Shown: positions 47,425 to 58,142, counted from the first letter of the stretch. The stretch: DNA of 64,000 nucleotides from Thermodesulfobacteriota bacterium (GCA_965205855.1 OZ242184.1:32001-96000); one strand, 5' to 3'. Notes: generated by a model from the letters alone, not told the origin. Numbers and translations: made by a program.

Positions 47425-48042
47425 TTGATTTCCGGTCAATACTCAAAAACCGCGGCACTTTTTCTTTCGACGGCTTTTTCTCCGCCCCTTGTGGTCTGTT
47501 ACGGGGCGGCTCTGATTGCACTTTCTCCCGTTTCCGCGGGCGGTTTTACATGGGCGGCGCTTATAGTGGCGGTTTTTGTTCTCCCGCCTGTTTTCTACGT
47601 CCTGTTTCTCATGCGAAGCGGCGCGGTGTCGGGCTTTCACATGTCAAAGCGCGGAGAGCGGGCACGCCCACTCAAGTTTATGGTCATCAACACCTCGGCG
47701 GGAATACTTCTTTTTAATTATCTGGAAGGGCCCACACTGCTGGTTGATGTTGCGCTCGCCTGCCTTATGTCTCTTCTTGCCGTGTTCGCGGTGACTTTGT
47801 ATTACAAGATAAGCGCACACAGCGCGGCGGTTTCTTCTCTGTGGGTTCTCGTGGTCATGCTTTTCCAAGGCACGGTTTTTCCGCTTTTGTTTCCGGTGTT
47901 TCTTTTCCTTGTGTCGTGGTCGCGAGTGCGGCTTTCTTTGCACACCCTCGCGCAAACGGTAACGGGATGCCTTTTGGGCAGTTGCATTACTTTTACCGTT
48001 CTCGCAATCGAGGGATATTTCAATTTCATAGGATATTTCTGA
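47425..48042 (+). CDS. PAP2-like membrane protein
   Basis: Multiple TM helices, KISAH and WSRVRLSLHT motifs. Confidence 0.7.
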   Translation: MISGQYSKTAALFLSTAFSPPLVVCYGAALIALSPVSAGGFTWAALIVAVFVLPPVFYVLFLMRSGAVSGFHMSKRGERARPLKFMVINTSAGILLFNYLEGPTLLVDVALACLMSLLAVFAVTLYYKISAHSAAVSSLWVLVVMLFQGTVFPLLFPVFLFLVSWSRVRLSLHTLAQTVTGCLLGSCITFTVLAIEGYFNFIGYF

Positions 48043-49090
48043 TTGAAAAAGCGAGAGGCTCCGCTCCGTCCTCTGCGGCCTCGAAGATTTTTTCCACTAT
48101 GTGGGGGGAGTTGTCCTCGTATCCAAGCCTGCGCGGTCCTGGCGAATTGACCAGATTTTCAAGTGCGGAGACAAGTTGCGGAGTAAGCTTCGTTTCCACA
48201 TTGACGCCCATTTTTTTCAGTGCGGCGGCGTTGCATTTCTGCTCATACTGACCTTTCATCGGCATAACAAGAAGTTTTTTCCCGAGGAAAAGCGCCTCAG
48301 ACGGTGTTTCAAAACCGCTGTTGCAAAATACTCCCTCGGAGCTGCAGATGGAATTCGCGAAAGGTTCATTTTCTATCGGGAAGATGAAAACATTGCCCTT
48401 TCTGAAGGGTTTTGAGGTGCCGTGTTTTGAAAACAGATGCCATTCAACATCCACTTTGCGGAGATAGGGAACTATCTTTTCATAATCAAAAGACGGCAGA
48501 TAGACCGTGTAGTGTCCTTTGCCTGAGGGGTCGCGTTTGCGTATCTCTTTTCTTATAATCGGCGTTTCTATGAAAGAGTCGTATTTTTCAAAATGTATGC
48601 CCAGCGGGATTGAAACTGGCGCGTACCAGTTTAGAATTGCTTCGCCCATGCGGTCGATTCTTGCCGGTCTCGGAGTTTTTTCGGACATAAAAGCAGTCTG
48701 GTGGGAAAGCGACACGCATTTTTTCCCTTTTATGAGGCAAGCCCATGATGTAACCGGCTCAAAATCGCTGACCACTATGTCGTATTTTTCAAGCGGCAGA
48801 TTTCTTATATTGGAAAAAAGCGAGTGCGGACGGGCTTTTTTGATTGAGGAAACAAAGTCTATGCCCCCTTTTTTACCGAATACAAACCCGACACCGTGCG
48901 GACGATATTTCACCTCCGCTCCCACGTCTATTTCGCTGTGGGAATCACTCAGCAATATTTCCACCTCCGCACCTTGGAGTTTCAAAAGGGATATAATCTC
49001 GCGCGACCGTGTTATATGCCCGTTTCCGGTTCCCTGAATTCCGTAGAGAATTTTCATGCGTCCGCGTGTCATAATATTTCTAATTTTCAT
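48026..49090 (-). CDS. GT-B glycosyltransferase (MJ1255/VC2487-like)
   Basis: MKILYGIQGTGNGHITR, SDFEP, NSGFETPSEAL, GQYEQ. Confidence 0.88.
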   Translation of the reverse strand: MKIRNIMTRGRMKILYGIQGTGNGHITRSREIISLLKLQGAEVEILLSDSHSEIDVGAEVKYRPHGVGFVFGKKGGIDFVSSIKKARPHSLFSNIRNLPLEKYDIVVSDFEPVTSWACLIKGKKCVSLSHQTAFMSEKTPRPARIDRMGEAILNWYAPVSIPLGIHFEKYDSFIETPIIRKEIRKRDPSGKGHYTVYLPSFDYEKIVPYLRKVDVEWHLFSKHGTSKPFRKGNVFIFPIENEPFANSICSSEGVFCNSGFETPSEALFLGKKLLVMPMKGQYEQKCNAAALKKMGVNVETKLTPQLVSALENLVNSPGPRRLGYEDNSPHIVEKIFEAAEDGAEPLAFSIRNIL

Positions 49091-49163
49091 TAAATCAACC
49101 TTATTTGCCTGCCCCGTTTTTTATCTGTAGAATGCTTTAGCTTTTTAGAGGAGAGGGTTTTTT

Positions 49164-50330
49164 ATGGATATTGAATGGTCTCGTAGAATATCAGATTTAC
49201 CTCCATACCTTTTTGCCGAGATAGACAGAAAAAAAGCCGAGTGCATGGCGAAAGGGGTTGATGTGATAGACCTTGGTGTCGGCGACCCGGATATTCCAAC
49301 ACCCGCCAACATAGTCACCGCGGCTGCAAAAGCCCTTGACGACCCGTCCAATCACAGATATCCGTCATACGCCGGAATGGACGAGTTCAGAAGCGCGGCG
49401 GCGCGGTGGTGCGCAAAAAGATTCGGCGTTGAACTCGATTCCGAAAGCGAGGTTCTCGCCCTTATCGGCTCAAAAGAGGGAGTCGCGCATGCGCCGATGG
49501 CTTTTGTCAATCCCGGAGACTACGCCCTTGTTCCCGATCCCGGATATCCGGTCTATCCGGTTTCGGTATCTTTCGCGGGAGGTATCAGCTACCGGATGCC
49601 TTTGCGCAAGGAAAACGGTTTTCTTCCGGATCTCAAGGCCATCCCCGAAGATATTGCCCTACGGGCGAAAATTATGTTTCTGAACTATCCGAACAACCCG
49701 ACCACCGCGGTTGCGGAAGGTTCTTTTTTTGAGGAAGTCGTGGAGTTCGCCGTCCGGCACAACATAGTAGTGTGCCACGACGCGGCGTATACGGAAGTTA
49801 CCTTTGACGGCTTTGTGGCTCCCAGTTTTCTTCAAACGCCGGGCGCGAAAGAGGTGGGAATTGAGTTTCACTCGCTTTCAAAGACTTTCAGCATGACCGG
49901 CTGGCGCATTGCTTTCGCCGCCGGTTCGAAGCGCGCAATCGCCGCCCTCGGCAAGGTAAAAACAAACATAGATTCCGGCGCGTTTCAGGCGGTTCAGATT
50001 GCCGGTATTGAGGCGCTTGCGGGAGACGACGGCGGGTTTGAAAGCAGAAGCGGAACATACAGGGAGAGAAGGGACATATTCTGCTCCGGTCTGGACAGGG
50101 CGGGGCTTTCATATTGTAAGCCGCTTTCAACTTTTTATGTCTGGTTTGAGACTCCGGACGGCATGAGTTCAGCGCGGTTTGCGTCTCTGATTCTTGACCG
50201 GTGCGGCGTTGTTGTAACTCCCGGAAACGGTTTCGGAGAATTCGGCGAAGGATATGTGCGTGCCTCAACAACATTTGACACCGAAAGGCTGGCGCAGGCG
50301 GCGGACAGAATAGCGTCCCTGTCCCTATGA
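49164..50330 (+). CDS. dapL: LL-diaminopimelate aminotransferase-like class I PLP enzyme
   Basis: LPPYLFAEID, LIGSKEG, NYPNNPT, HDAAY, SLSKTFSMTGWR. Confidence 0.8.
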   Translation: MDIEWSRRISDLPPYLFAEIDRKKAECMAKGVDVIDLGVGDPDIPTPANIVTAAAKALDDPSNHRYPSYAGMDEFRSAAARWCAKRFGVELDSESEVLALIGSKEGVAHAPMAFVNPGDYALVPDPGYPVYPVSVSFAGGISYRMPLRKENGFLPDLKAIPEDIALRAKIMFLNYPNNPTTAVAEGSFFEEVVEFAVRHNIVVCHDAAYTEVTFDGFVAPSFLQTPGAKEVGIEFHSLSKTFSMTGWRIAFAAGSKRAIAALGKVKTNIDSGAFQAVQIAGIEALAGDDGGFESRSGTYRERRDIFCSGLDRAGLSYCKPLSTFYVWFETPDGMSSARFASLILDRCGVVVTPGNGFGEFGEGYVRASTTFDTERLAQAADRIASLSL

Positions 50331-51832
50331 TACCCGAAGCCATGACTTCAGGTTTTTCCCCCGGTCCGTTTTTCGCCTTTGAGGTTTTGTACTTTGCGTC
50401 CCTGATATTTCTCTCGGTTTTGGGTTTCCACAGATACCGTCTTTGCTGGCTTTATCTCAAATCCCGTATCTCGCGAAAAACGGTTGCCCCAGTGCCGGAT
50501 TCACACCTTCCGTCCGTAACGGTCCAGATTCCCGTCTACAACGAGGTCTGCGTTGTGAAAAGAATCATAGAAGCGGCTTGTGACATGGAATATCCGAGGA
50601 GTCTGATCGAGATTCAAGTGCTGGACGACTCTACCGACCAAACTTCGCAAATCGCGCGCGGGGTGATTGAGGACAAGAGCCGCGAGGGTTTCAAAATAAC
50701 CCATATCCGGCGCGGGACGCGGCGCGGATACAAAGGCGGAGCGTTGCGGGACGCTTTTGACAATGCCCGCGGTGAGTTTACTGCGCTTTTTGACGCGGAC
50801 TTTATTCCACCCCGCGATTTTCTTCTCCGCACGGTCGCGCGTTTTTCAGACCCCCGTGTCGGAATAGTGCAGGCGAGGTGGGGACATCTGAACCTGAGGC
50901 AGTCTCTCCTTACCCGTTTGCAGGGGATTTTGCTCGACGGTCATTTCGCGGTGGAGCAGACAGGGCGTTCGGGTTGCGGGCTTTTTCTAAACTTCAATGG
51001 AACCGCTTCGGTTATCAGAAAGCAGTGCATACTCTCTTCGGGAGGATGGCAGGAAGACACGGTGGCGGAAGACCTTGATCTCAGTTGCCGCGCTCAGTTG
51101 AACGGGTGGAAGATAGATTATATTGAAGACCTTGTGTGCCCGGCCGAGATTCCTTCGGGTATTGATGCGTTCAAGTCCCAACAAAGCCGCTGGGCAGAGG
51201 GTGGAATACAGAACGCGAAAAAGTTTCTTCCGGAGATATTTTCAAGAAAAGACATATCCGCGGGTTTTAAAACCGAAGCCGCGTTCCATATGCTCGGCAA
51301 TTTTTCAAGCCTGCTGTTTCTCGCGGTTCTTTTCTCCGCCGCGGTAATAAGCATCGGAGGGCGGTCGGTGCCGGGAAATATCTATTCGTCAATAGGCGCG
51401 GTGACTTTTGCGTCGGGCAGTGGAATCTTTTTTTTCTATGTTTTCGCGGTTCTTGACTCGCGTTCCGGCGGAAACGTTGCCGGGCGGCTCGCGATTGTGC
51501 CTCTTGCCATGGCGCTCTGGGCCGGAATGTCGGTCAACACCACAAACGCGCTTATAGGCTCCTTTGCGGGTCGGAGAGGGAAATTTGAAAGAACCCCGAA
51601 AACCGCTTCCACCGAAGCCAAATCCCTCCCGGTTGCCATATACGGTTCGCGCTTTCGCTTTGCCGCGCTGGTTGAAATGGCAATTTCACTCATCCTTGTT
51701 TTCTGTGCCGTGAAAACCAACATCCCGGATTCTTTTCTCAAAGGGTTTTTGTGCGTTTTCGCGGCGGCGTTTTTCTATGTTTCACTTCTCTCGCTAAAGC
51801 AGGGGCTGGGTCATTTTGCCGCGGGTTCTTGA
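50327..51832 (+). CDS. GT2 glycosyltransferase, cellulose-synthase-like
   Basis: QIPVYNE, KGGAL, FDADF, EDLDLS, QQSRW, TM helices. Confidence 0.9.
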   Translation: MIPEAMTSGFSPGPFFAFEVLYFASLIFLSVLGFHRYRLCWLYLKSRISRKTVAPVPDSHLPSVTVQIPVYNEVCVVKRIIEAACDMEYPRSLIEIQVLDDSTDQTSQIARGVIEDKSREGFKITHIRRGTRRGYKGGALRDAFDNARGEFTALFDADFIPPRDFLLRTVARFSDPRVGIVQARWGHLNLRQSLLTRLQGILLDGHFAVEQTGRSGCGLFLNFNGTASVIRKQCILSSGGWQEDTVAEDLDLSCRAQLNGWKIDYIEDLVCPAEIPSGIDAFKSQQSRWAEGGIQNAKKFLPEIFSRKDISAGFKTEAAFHMLGNFSSLLFLAVLFSAAVISIGGRSVPGNIYSSIGAVTFASGSGIFFFYVFAVLDSRSGGNVAGRLAIVPLAMALWAGMSVNTTNALIGSFAGRRGKFERTPKTASTEAKSLPVAIYGSRFRFAALVEMAISLILVFCAVKTNIPDSFLKGFLCVFAAAFFYVSLLSLKQGLGHFAAGS

Positions 51833-51919
51833 CAAAGCCAAACTGAAATTTAGTATTAAAGGTCTCAACGAAAGACGAGAAGGCGTTTTGTCAACACGGG
51901 CGCCCCGGAGGTTTTAGAT

Positions 51920-53095
51920 ATGTCAGAAAATTACCGCTTCAGTTCAAGGACGAAACATTTTGTTCAGCCCAAACAGTGGGCAAGCATGAGGGTGGCAAAA
52001 GATATTGAGAAAAAGACGGGACAAACCATAATACATTTTGAAAAAGGCGATTATCAGGGACCGGATTTTGAAACCCCCCGGCACATAATAGAAGCGACCA
52101 CGAGAGCGGTTGAGGAAGGTTATGTGCGTTACGATCCCGGACCCGGCCTGCCGGAACTCAGAGAGGCGATTGCGCAAAAAACAACCGGACAGGGACGCAA
52201 AACCAGCCCCGAAGAGGTCATTGTTACCGCCGGGGCCAAGCACGCGCTTACGGCTTCGCTGAACATCTTTCTTGAGAACGACGACGAGGTCATATTTCCC
52301 AATCCGGGTTATCCGCCAGACGAGGTATGGGCGAAGTATCTCGGAGCGGTGATAAAGCACACCCCGCTTACGGATCCGGACTGGCAGTTTGATGTTGAAA
52401 AACTTGAATCCCTTATAACTCCGAAAACCAAACTGCTTATAATCAACACTCCGCAACGCCCCAACGGACACCTTGTTGAAAACGCCGAAGAGATAGCGAA
52501 GATGTGCGAAAGACATCCGCATGTTACCGTTATATCGGACGAGATTTTCTCTCAAGTAACCTTTGACAAGCCGCACAAAAGCATAAGCGCGATTGACGGC
52601 ATGGCGGACAGGACAATTGTCATAGACACTTTTTCAAAAACCTGGGCCATGACCGGATGGAGAATCGGATGGGCTGTCGCTCCGAAGCCGATAATAGAGA
52701 AGATGTCCATTTTTCTTCAGGACTCAATCACCAATGTCGCCGCTTTGATACAGCGCGCCGCATATTCCGCCATCACCGGCCCGCAAGACTGGGTTGAACA
52801 GAAGCACGCCCTTCTTCAAAGCAAAAGAGACAGAATGGTTGCCGCTCTGAACGAGGTTCCTGGAGTGAAGTGTGACAGTCCGGACGGCGCTTTCTATGCT
52901 TTTGCCGACATAACCGGAACGGGTCTCACATCTCAGCAATACACCGACCGGCTTGTGGAGCGCGCTGGAGTCGCGGTTGTTGCGGGAACCGCATTCGGAG
53001 ACCGTGGCGAGGGTTTTGTGCGCGTAACATACGCGTGTTCCGACGAAGACATAGACGAGGGAACGCGTAGAATGAGTGAAGCGGACTTGAAATAG
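51920..53095 (+). CDS. Class I/II PLP aminotransferase (aspartate aminotransferase-like)
   Basis: GAKHAL, SDEIF, FSKTWAMTGWRIG, GAFY. Confidence 0.88.
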   Translation: MSENYRFSSRTKHFVQPKQWASMRVAKDIEKKTGQTIIHFEKGDYQGPDFETPRHIIEATTRAVEEGYVRYDPGPGLPELREAIAQKTTGQGRKTSPEEVIVTAGAKHALTASLNIFLENDDEVIFPNPGYPPDEVWAKYLGAVIKHTPLTDPDWQFDVEKLESLITPKTKLLIINTPQRPNGHLVENAEEIAKMCERHPHVTVISDEIFSQVTFDKPHKSISAIDGMADRTIVIDTFSKTWAMTGWRIGWAVAPKPIIEKMSIFLQDSITNVAALIQRAAYSAITGPQDWVEQKHALLQSKRDRMVAALNEVPGVKCDSPDGAFYAFADITGTGLTSQQYTDRLVERAGVAVVAGTAFGDRGEGFVRVTYACSDEDIDEGTRRMSEADLK

Positions 53096-53223
53096 ATTGA
53101 ATTGTAGGCGCAAGTAACCCGTCCCTGCCGGGCTTGCGTGTCGGTTTGGTTGTTTTCTGTTTTTCCCGAGCCGGGTGCTGGGTTTGTTCCGGCTTGAAAG
53201 AGGTTTCGCAGTGCGGTTTTTTC

Positions 53224-53261
53224 TTTACCTGTCCTTAACTTTGAATTAACGGTTTTTCAAC
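53224..53261 (+). promoter_or_regulatory. Pho-box-like direct repeats upstream of pstS
   Basis: TTTAC, TTAAC, TTAAC, TCAAC at 53224, 53235, 53246, 53257 (exact 11-bp period). Confidence 0.65.
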
Positions 53262-53333
53262 ATTTATCTGATTTACTAACTTCCGAATTCAGGCAGTTGT
53301 CCTGTTATTTTTTCTAACGGAGGAAAGAAGAAA

Positions 53334-54311
53334 ATTCAGAGAAAAAGTTTTTACGTCTTTTTCATCGCTGTTTTGGCATTGGTTTTTGTGGCTCCCGCCG
53401 CATTTGCGGTCGTAGAGGTTGATAAGAATCTTACGAGATACAGTAAGGCAAAGAAATCCGTGGCCGGCAAGATAAACAGCGTCGGTTCGGACACGATGAA
53501 CAACCTTATGGCGCTGTGGTGCGAGGGGTTCAAAAAACGTTACCCCAGAGTCAAATGCCAGATAGAGGGCAAGGGATCAGGCACCGCACCGCCAGCGTTG
53601 ATACAGGGCACTTCGCAGTTCGGCCCCATGTCACGCGAGATGAAATCAAAAGAGGTTGACGCTTTTGAGAAGGAGTTCGGATACAAACCGGTCGCCATAC
53701 CAACCGCGATTGATATGCTTGCCGTTTTTGTCAACAAGGACAATCCGGTCAAATGTCTTGATATAAAACAGGTTGACGCCGTTTTCTCGAAAACAAGAAG
53801 ATGCGGCGCGCGCAAACCCGTTCAAAAATGGGAAGACCTCGGCGCCGGTGGCTCATGGAGGGTGCGCGCGGTAACACTTTACGGAAGAAACTCCGCTTCG
53901 GGCACTTACGGATATTTCAAAAAGAAAGCTCTTTGCAAGGGGGACTTCTCGGATTCCGTTAAGGAGCAGCCGGGTTCCGCATCCGTTGTCCAGGGCATCA
54001 GCAAGGACAAATACGCGATAGGATACAGCGGAATCGGATATCAAACATCGGGCGTGCGCGCGATTGCGCTTTCCAAAAAAGGCAGAAAATGTATCGAGCC
54101 GTCCCCGCAAAGCAGGAGCTATCCGCTTGCGAGGTATCTCTATCTGTATGTGAACAAATCGCCCGATAAGCAGTTTGACACTCTGCGCAGAGAGTTTCTC
54201 AAGTTCGTTCTGAGCAAAGAGGGGCAGAAGGTGGCCGTAAAAGACGGCTACATACCGCTGGATGCCAAAACAGTGAACAATCTCAGGAAGGAGCATTTTC
54301 TAAGCAGGTAA
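53334..54311 (+). CDS. pstS: Phosphate ABC transporter substrate-binding protein (probable ATT start; first conventional start is TTG 53373)
   Basis: VGSDTM, GKGSGT, GRNSASGTY, YPLARYLYLY. Confidence 0.93.
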   Translation: MQRKSFYVFFIAVLALVFVAPAAFAVVEVDKNLTRYSKAKKSVAGKINSVGSDTMNNLMALWCEGFKKRYPRVKCQIEGKGSGTAPPALIQGTSQFGPMSREMKSKEVDAFEKEFGYKPVAIPTAIDMLAVFVNKDNPVKCLDIKQVDAVFSKTRRCGARKPVQKWEDLGAGGSWRVRAVTLYGRNSASGTYGYFKKKALCKGDFSDSVKEQPGSASVVQGISKDKYAIGYSGIGYQTSGVRAIALSKKGRKCIEPSPQSRSYPLARYLYLYVNKSPDKQFDTLRREFLKFVLSKEGQKVAVKDGYIPLDAKTVNNLRKEHFLSR

Positions 54312-54329
54312 GTTTTTGCGGGTTTTGAT

Positions 54330-56540
54330 TTGAAAGCAAAAAAACAGCTTTATGACAAACTTGCCGGGCTGTTTATTGTCTCTGGCGGGGTGGCGATTAT
54401 AATTGTAATACTGGCGGTTTTCGCTTTCATACTTCTGGAGGTTCTGCCTCTTTTTTCAAAACCGTCCCACGGCCCTTTTGTTAAAACCGTTTCCGCTCCG
54501 GTTGCGGCCGGAGCCATTGGGATTGGCGTTAACGAGCATCGGAAGACCGCGTATGCGGTCTTCCCCGAAGGGGTTGCAAGGTTTTTTTCCCTTGAGACCG
54601 GAAAAACCGAAAATGAATTTTTCTTCGAAGGAGCCGCCTCGTCTTTTTCGACTCTCACAAACGCAAAGGTGTTTGCTCTTGGCGGTGTTGACGGAGTTCT
54701 GCGGCTGTTCACCATCAGTTACAAAGACACTTACGCGGGCGGGTCGAAGGAAAGGAAGGTGGTTGCAGACATCAAACCCCTTGCCGCGTCGCGGGTTGCC
54801 GACTCCGCTTTGTTGAAAACGGATTTTATCCTCAACGATTCCGAATCCTACTCCGCTGCCGCATACACAAAGGACGGCAGGCTGTTTTTTGTGCCGGCAA
54901 TCGGCTCGGAGCCCGAAGAGTCAGTATTCGGCGAGGATGAGGAATTTCGCGACGCCGCGACGCCGGTTCCGGCAAGCGAGATTACAACGGATATTTCGGA
55001 CGAAAAAATCACGGGGCTTGTCCTTGCCGAAGAGGGCAATGTTCTTTATGTCTCCACGGCTTCGGGTCTGATTTTCCAGTGGGACACCTCCGAATCCGGA
55101 TCGCCCGTTTTTCTGGGTTCGCAGGACGCCACCGCAGACCGTTCGGTCGGCGTAACAACAATGGGTCTTCTTCTCGGCGACCGCTCAATCGCGGTCGGAG
55201 ACGCTTCGGGGCGCCTTTCGGTCTGGTTCCGTTCCTCCGGTTCCGCAAAGCTCATGCGCGTTCACGAGTTTGAGAGTTTTCCGGGCGCGGTCTCTCTTTT
55301 CTCAAACTCTCTGAGAACCAGAAATTTTGCCGTTTCGGATTCTCTTGGCAATTTGGGTGTTTTTCATGCCACCACCTCAAGAAGGCGTTTGCTTATTGAA
55401 AGCCCTGAAAAACTTTCCGCGATTGTTTTCACCCCCAAAGGAGACTCCATTGCCGCAATCGCCGAAGACGGAGGCATTGCCGAGTGGGAGATCCGAAACG
55501 ACTATTCGGAGATAAGCATCAGGTCAATTTTCTCCCGCATCTGGTATGAGGGATACGATTCACCGATTTACATGTGGCAGTCAACCGGCGGCACGGACGA
55601 ATTTGAGCCGAAGCTCGGGCTTGTTCCTATAATATTTGGCACTTTCAAGGGCGCGGTGTATTCGCTTCTCTTCGCCGTCCCGATAGCGGTGCTTGCAGCT
55701 CTGTGTGTTTCGCAGTTCATGCACCCGTCGTTTTCGGGTGTCATTAAGCCCGTTATAGAGATAATGGCGGGTCTGCCGAGCGTTGTGATAGGATTTTTCG
55801 CGGGCTTGTGGCTTTCCCCCGTTCTTGAGAGGGTATTTTCCGCCCTTGTTATAATGCCTTTTCTGATAATCGTTTTTTCGATTGTCTGCCTTTATCTTCT
55901 CAAGCTGTTTGGCGGAGGGTTGCGACGGTATTTCAGACCCGGAGCGGAATACCTGTTTCTTGTACCCGCGATTGCCGGCGCGGTCGCCGTTTCGCTCTGG
56001 CTGAACGCGCCCGCGGAGCGGTTTCTTTTTCAAGGGGATTATAATGCGTGGCTCGCCGCCGTGGGGCTGGACTTTGACCAGAGAAACGCCCTTGTGGTCG
56101 GATTCGCAATGGGGTTTGCGGTCATACCGATAGTTTTTACAATAGCGGAAGATTCAATGTCGGGGGTGCCGAAATCGCTTATTGCGTCATCTCTTGCACT
56201 CGGGGCGAGCAAATGGCAGACCGCAATCAGAATTGTCGTGCCGTCCGCAAGTCCGGGGATACTGTCGGCGGTCATCATCGGTTTCGGTAGGGCGATAGGC
56301 GAGACTATGATAGTTCTTATGGCAACGGGAAACACGCCGCTTCTTGACTGGAACATATTCAACGGCTTCCGGGCGATGTCGGCAAACATAGCCGTGGAGC
56401 TTCCCGAAGCCCCACAGGGCGGCGGTCTTTACAGACTTATATTTTTAACAAGTCTCCTTTTGTTTCTTTTCACTTTCTTCCTTAACACGGTTGCGGAGTT
56501 TATGAGAGCCAGACTGAGCAGGAAATACGGCGCATCCTGA
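54330..56540 (+). CDS. pstC: Phosphate ABC permease with large periplasmic domain
   Basis: IKPVIEIMAGLPSVVIG, GRAIGETM. Confidence 0.93.
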   Translation: MKAKKQLYDKLAGLFIVSGGVAIIIVILAVFAFILLEVLPLFSKPSHGPFVKTVSAPVAAGAIGIGVNEHRKTAYAVFPEGVARFFSLETGKTENEFFFEGAASSFSTLTNAKVFALGGVDGVLRLFTISYKDTYAGGSKERKVVADIKPLAASRVADSALLKTDFILNDSESYSAAAYTKDGRLFFVPAIGSEPEESVFGEDEEFRDAATPVPASEITTDISDEKITGLVLAEEGNVLYVSTASGLIFQWDTSESGSPVFLGSQDATADRSVGVTTMGLLLGDRSIAVGDASGRLSVWFRSSGSAKLMRVHEFESFPGAVSLFSNSLRTRNFAVSDSLGNLGVFHATTSRRRLLIESPEKLSAIVFTPKGDSIAAIAEDGGIAEWEIRNDYSEISIRSIFSRIWYEGYDSPIYMWQSTGGTDEFEPKLGLVPIIFGTFKGAVYSLLFAVPIAVLAALCVSQFMHPSFSGVIKPVIEIMAGLPSVVIGFFAGLWLSPVLERVFSALVIMPFLIIVFSIVCLYLLKLFGGGLRRYFRPGAEYLFLVPAIAGAVAVSLWLNAPAERFLFQGDYNAWLAAVGLDFDQRNALVVGFAMGFAVIPIVFTIAEDSMSGVPKSLIASSLALGASKWQTAIRIVVPSASPGILSAVIIGFGRAIGETMIVLMATGNTPLLDWNIFNGFRAMSANIAVELPEAPQGGGLYRLIFLTSLLLFLFTFFLNTVAEFMRARLSRKYGAS

Positions 56541-56558
56541 GCGCGCGGAGACATTTGA

Positions 56559-58142
56559 ATGAAACGGGTTTCTTTCGGTGAGATGTTCAAAAGCGGCGAT
56601 GTGTATACGTGGCTTACGGCAATAGCGCTTGTAATTTCCCTGCTCATGATAGCAGGGCTGCTGTTTCTTATCACGGCAAAGGGGCTGGGTTTTTTCTGGC
56701 CCTCGTCGGTTGCGAAGGTAACTTTTGCGGACGGAAGCTTTCTTCTGGGACAGTTTGCTGGAAATGAGAAAAGCGAAAGCGGAGCCAAAACAAGGTTCAG
56801 GGTCGGAAACAGGGACATATATGGACTTGCGTTCCGGTGGGTGGACGACCGTGACATAGAGTCGGTTGAGTATCCGCCTTCGGTCTTTGTCATTGAAAGG
56901 CTGGAATGGGGCGACATGATAGGGCACATAAAGGAAGTAAGGTCGGGAGGAATTCCGGTCGCCTTTTCGGGAGACAAACCCCTTCTTTCGGGTTTTCTTT
57001 CCGAAGTGCGGGCGCTGAGCGCGCGGGCGAAGAAAATAGAGTTGTCCGATGTCGGGGACATTGTGTATGAGATTGAGAAAATTCAGAAGCGGATAAAAAA
57101 ATCCGGCGATGAAAACGGGGTTCTTGCCTCTCGTGTTGCTTTGCTTGAAGCGCAATACGCCCGCAAAGAGGCCGAGCTTGGGGAGATTTACTCAGAAGCC
57201 GATAAAAACACAATGCTGGTTGTTACCGCGGAAGGGGAGGAAAAAGAGGTCTTTTTCAGCAACATAGAGAGAATTTACGCCCCCAACGCAATGGGAGTTG
57301 TCGCCAAACTCGGACTTTACACTCAGAGGTTCTGGTCTTTTGTTTCCGATGAGCCGCGCGAGGCGAACACCGAAGGGGGAGTTTTGCCCGCTATACTCGG
57401 CACGGTGATTATGGTTGTTCTTATGAGCATAATGGTTATGCCCCTCGGCGTTCTTGCCGCCCTTTACCTGAGCGAGTATTCAAGGCAGGGGGTGTTTGTC
57501 AGAATCGTGAGGATATGCGTCAATAACCTTGCAGGGGTTCCGTCCATTGTTTTCGGGGTTTTCGGTCTAGGGTTTTTCATATACGGAATCGGAGGTCTTA
57601 TAGACTCCGTTTTCTATAAGGAAGCCCTTCCGGCACCGACATTCGGAACAGGAGGAGTTCTCTGGGCGTCTCTCACTCTCGCCCTTCTAACCGTACCCGT
57701 GGTGATAGTTTCAACCGAAGAGGGGCTTTCGCAGGTGCCAAAAAATATGCGGGAAGGCTCTCTCGCGCTCGGAGCGACAAAGTTTGAAACCGTCTGGAAG
57801 ATAGTTCTCCCCGGTGCGATGCCGGGAATTCTCACCGGGCTTATACTTGCGGTCGCCAGAGCCGCCGGGGAGGTTGCCCCGCTTATGCTTACAGGCGTTG
57901 TGAAGCTCGCCCCCGATGCCATTGTCGACGGAAGGTTTCCGTTTTTTCACGCCGAGAGAAAATTCATGCATCTGGGTTTCCACATATACGATGTGGGTTT
58001 CCAGTCTCCCAATGTGGAAGCCGCAAAAGACATAGTTTACGCAACGGCGTTTCTTCTTATAATTCTCGTCGCAGTGCTGAACCTTACGGCGATTCTGATG
58101 AGAAGCAGAATAAGGGGAAGGAAATTCGGTTCGGAGATTTAG
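56559..58142 (+). CDS. pstA: Phosphate ABC permease
   Basis: NLAGVPSIVFG, ARAAGEVAP. Confidence 0.95.
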   Translation: MKRVSFGEMFKSGDVYTWLTAIALVISLLMIAGLLFLITAKGLGFFWPSSVAKVTFADGSFLLGQFAGNEKSESGAKTRFRVGNRDIYGLAFRWVDDRDIESVEYPPSVFVIERLEWGDMIGHIKEVRSGGIPVAFSGDKPLLSGFLSEVRALSARAKKIELSDVGDIVYEIEKIQKRIKKSGDENGVLASRVALLEAQYARKEAELGEIYSEADKNTMLVVTAEGEEKEVFFSNIERIYAPNAMGVVAKLGLYTQRFWSFVSDEPREANTEGGVLPAILGTVIMVVLMSIMVMPLGVLAALYLSEYSRQGVFVRIVRICVNNLAGVPSIVFGVFGLGFFIYGIGGLIDSVFYKEALPAPTFGTGGVLWASLTLALLTVPVVIVSTEEGLSQVPKNMREGSLALGATKFETVWKIVLPGAMPGILTGLILAVARAAGEVAPLMLTGVVKLAPDAIVDGRFPFFHAERKFMHLGFHIYDVGFQSPNVEAAKDIVYATAFLLIILVAVLNLTAILMRSRIRGRKFGSEI

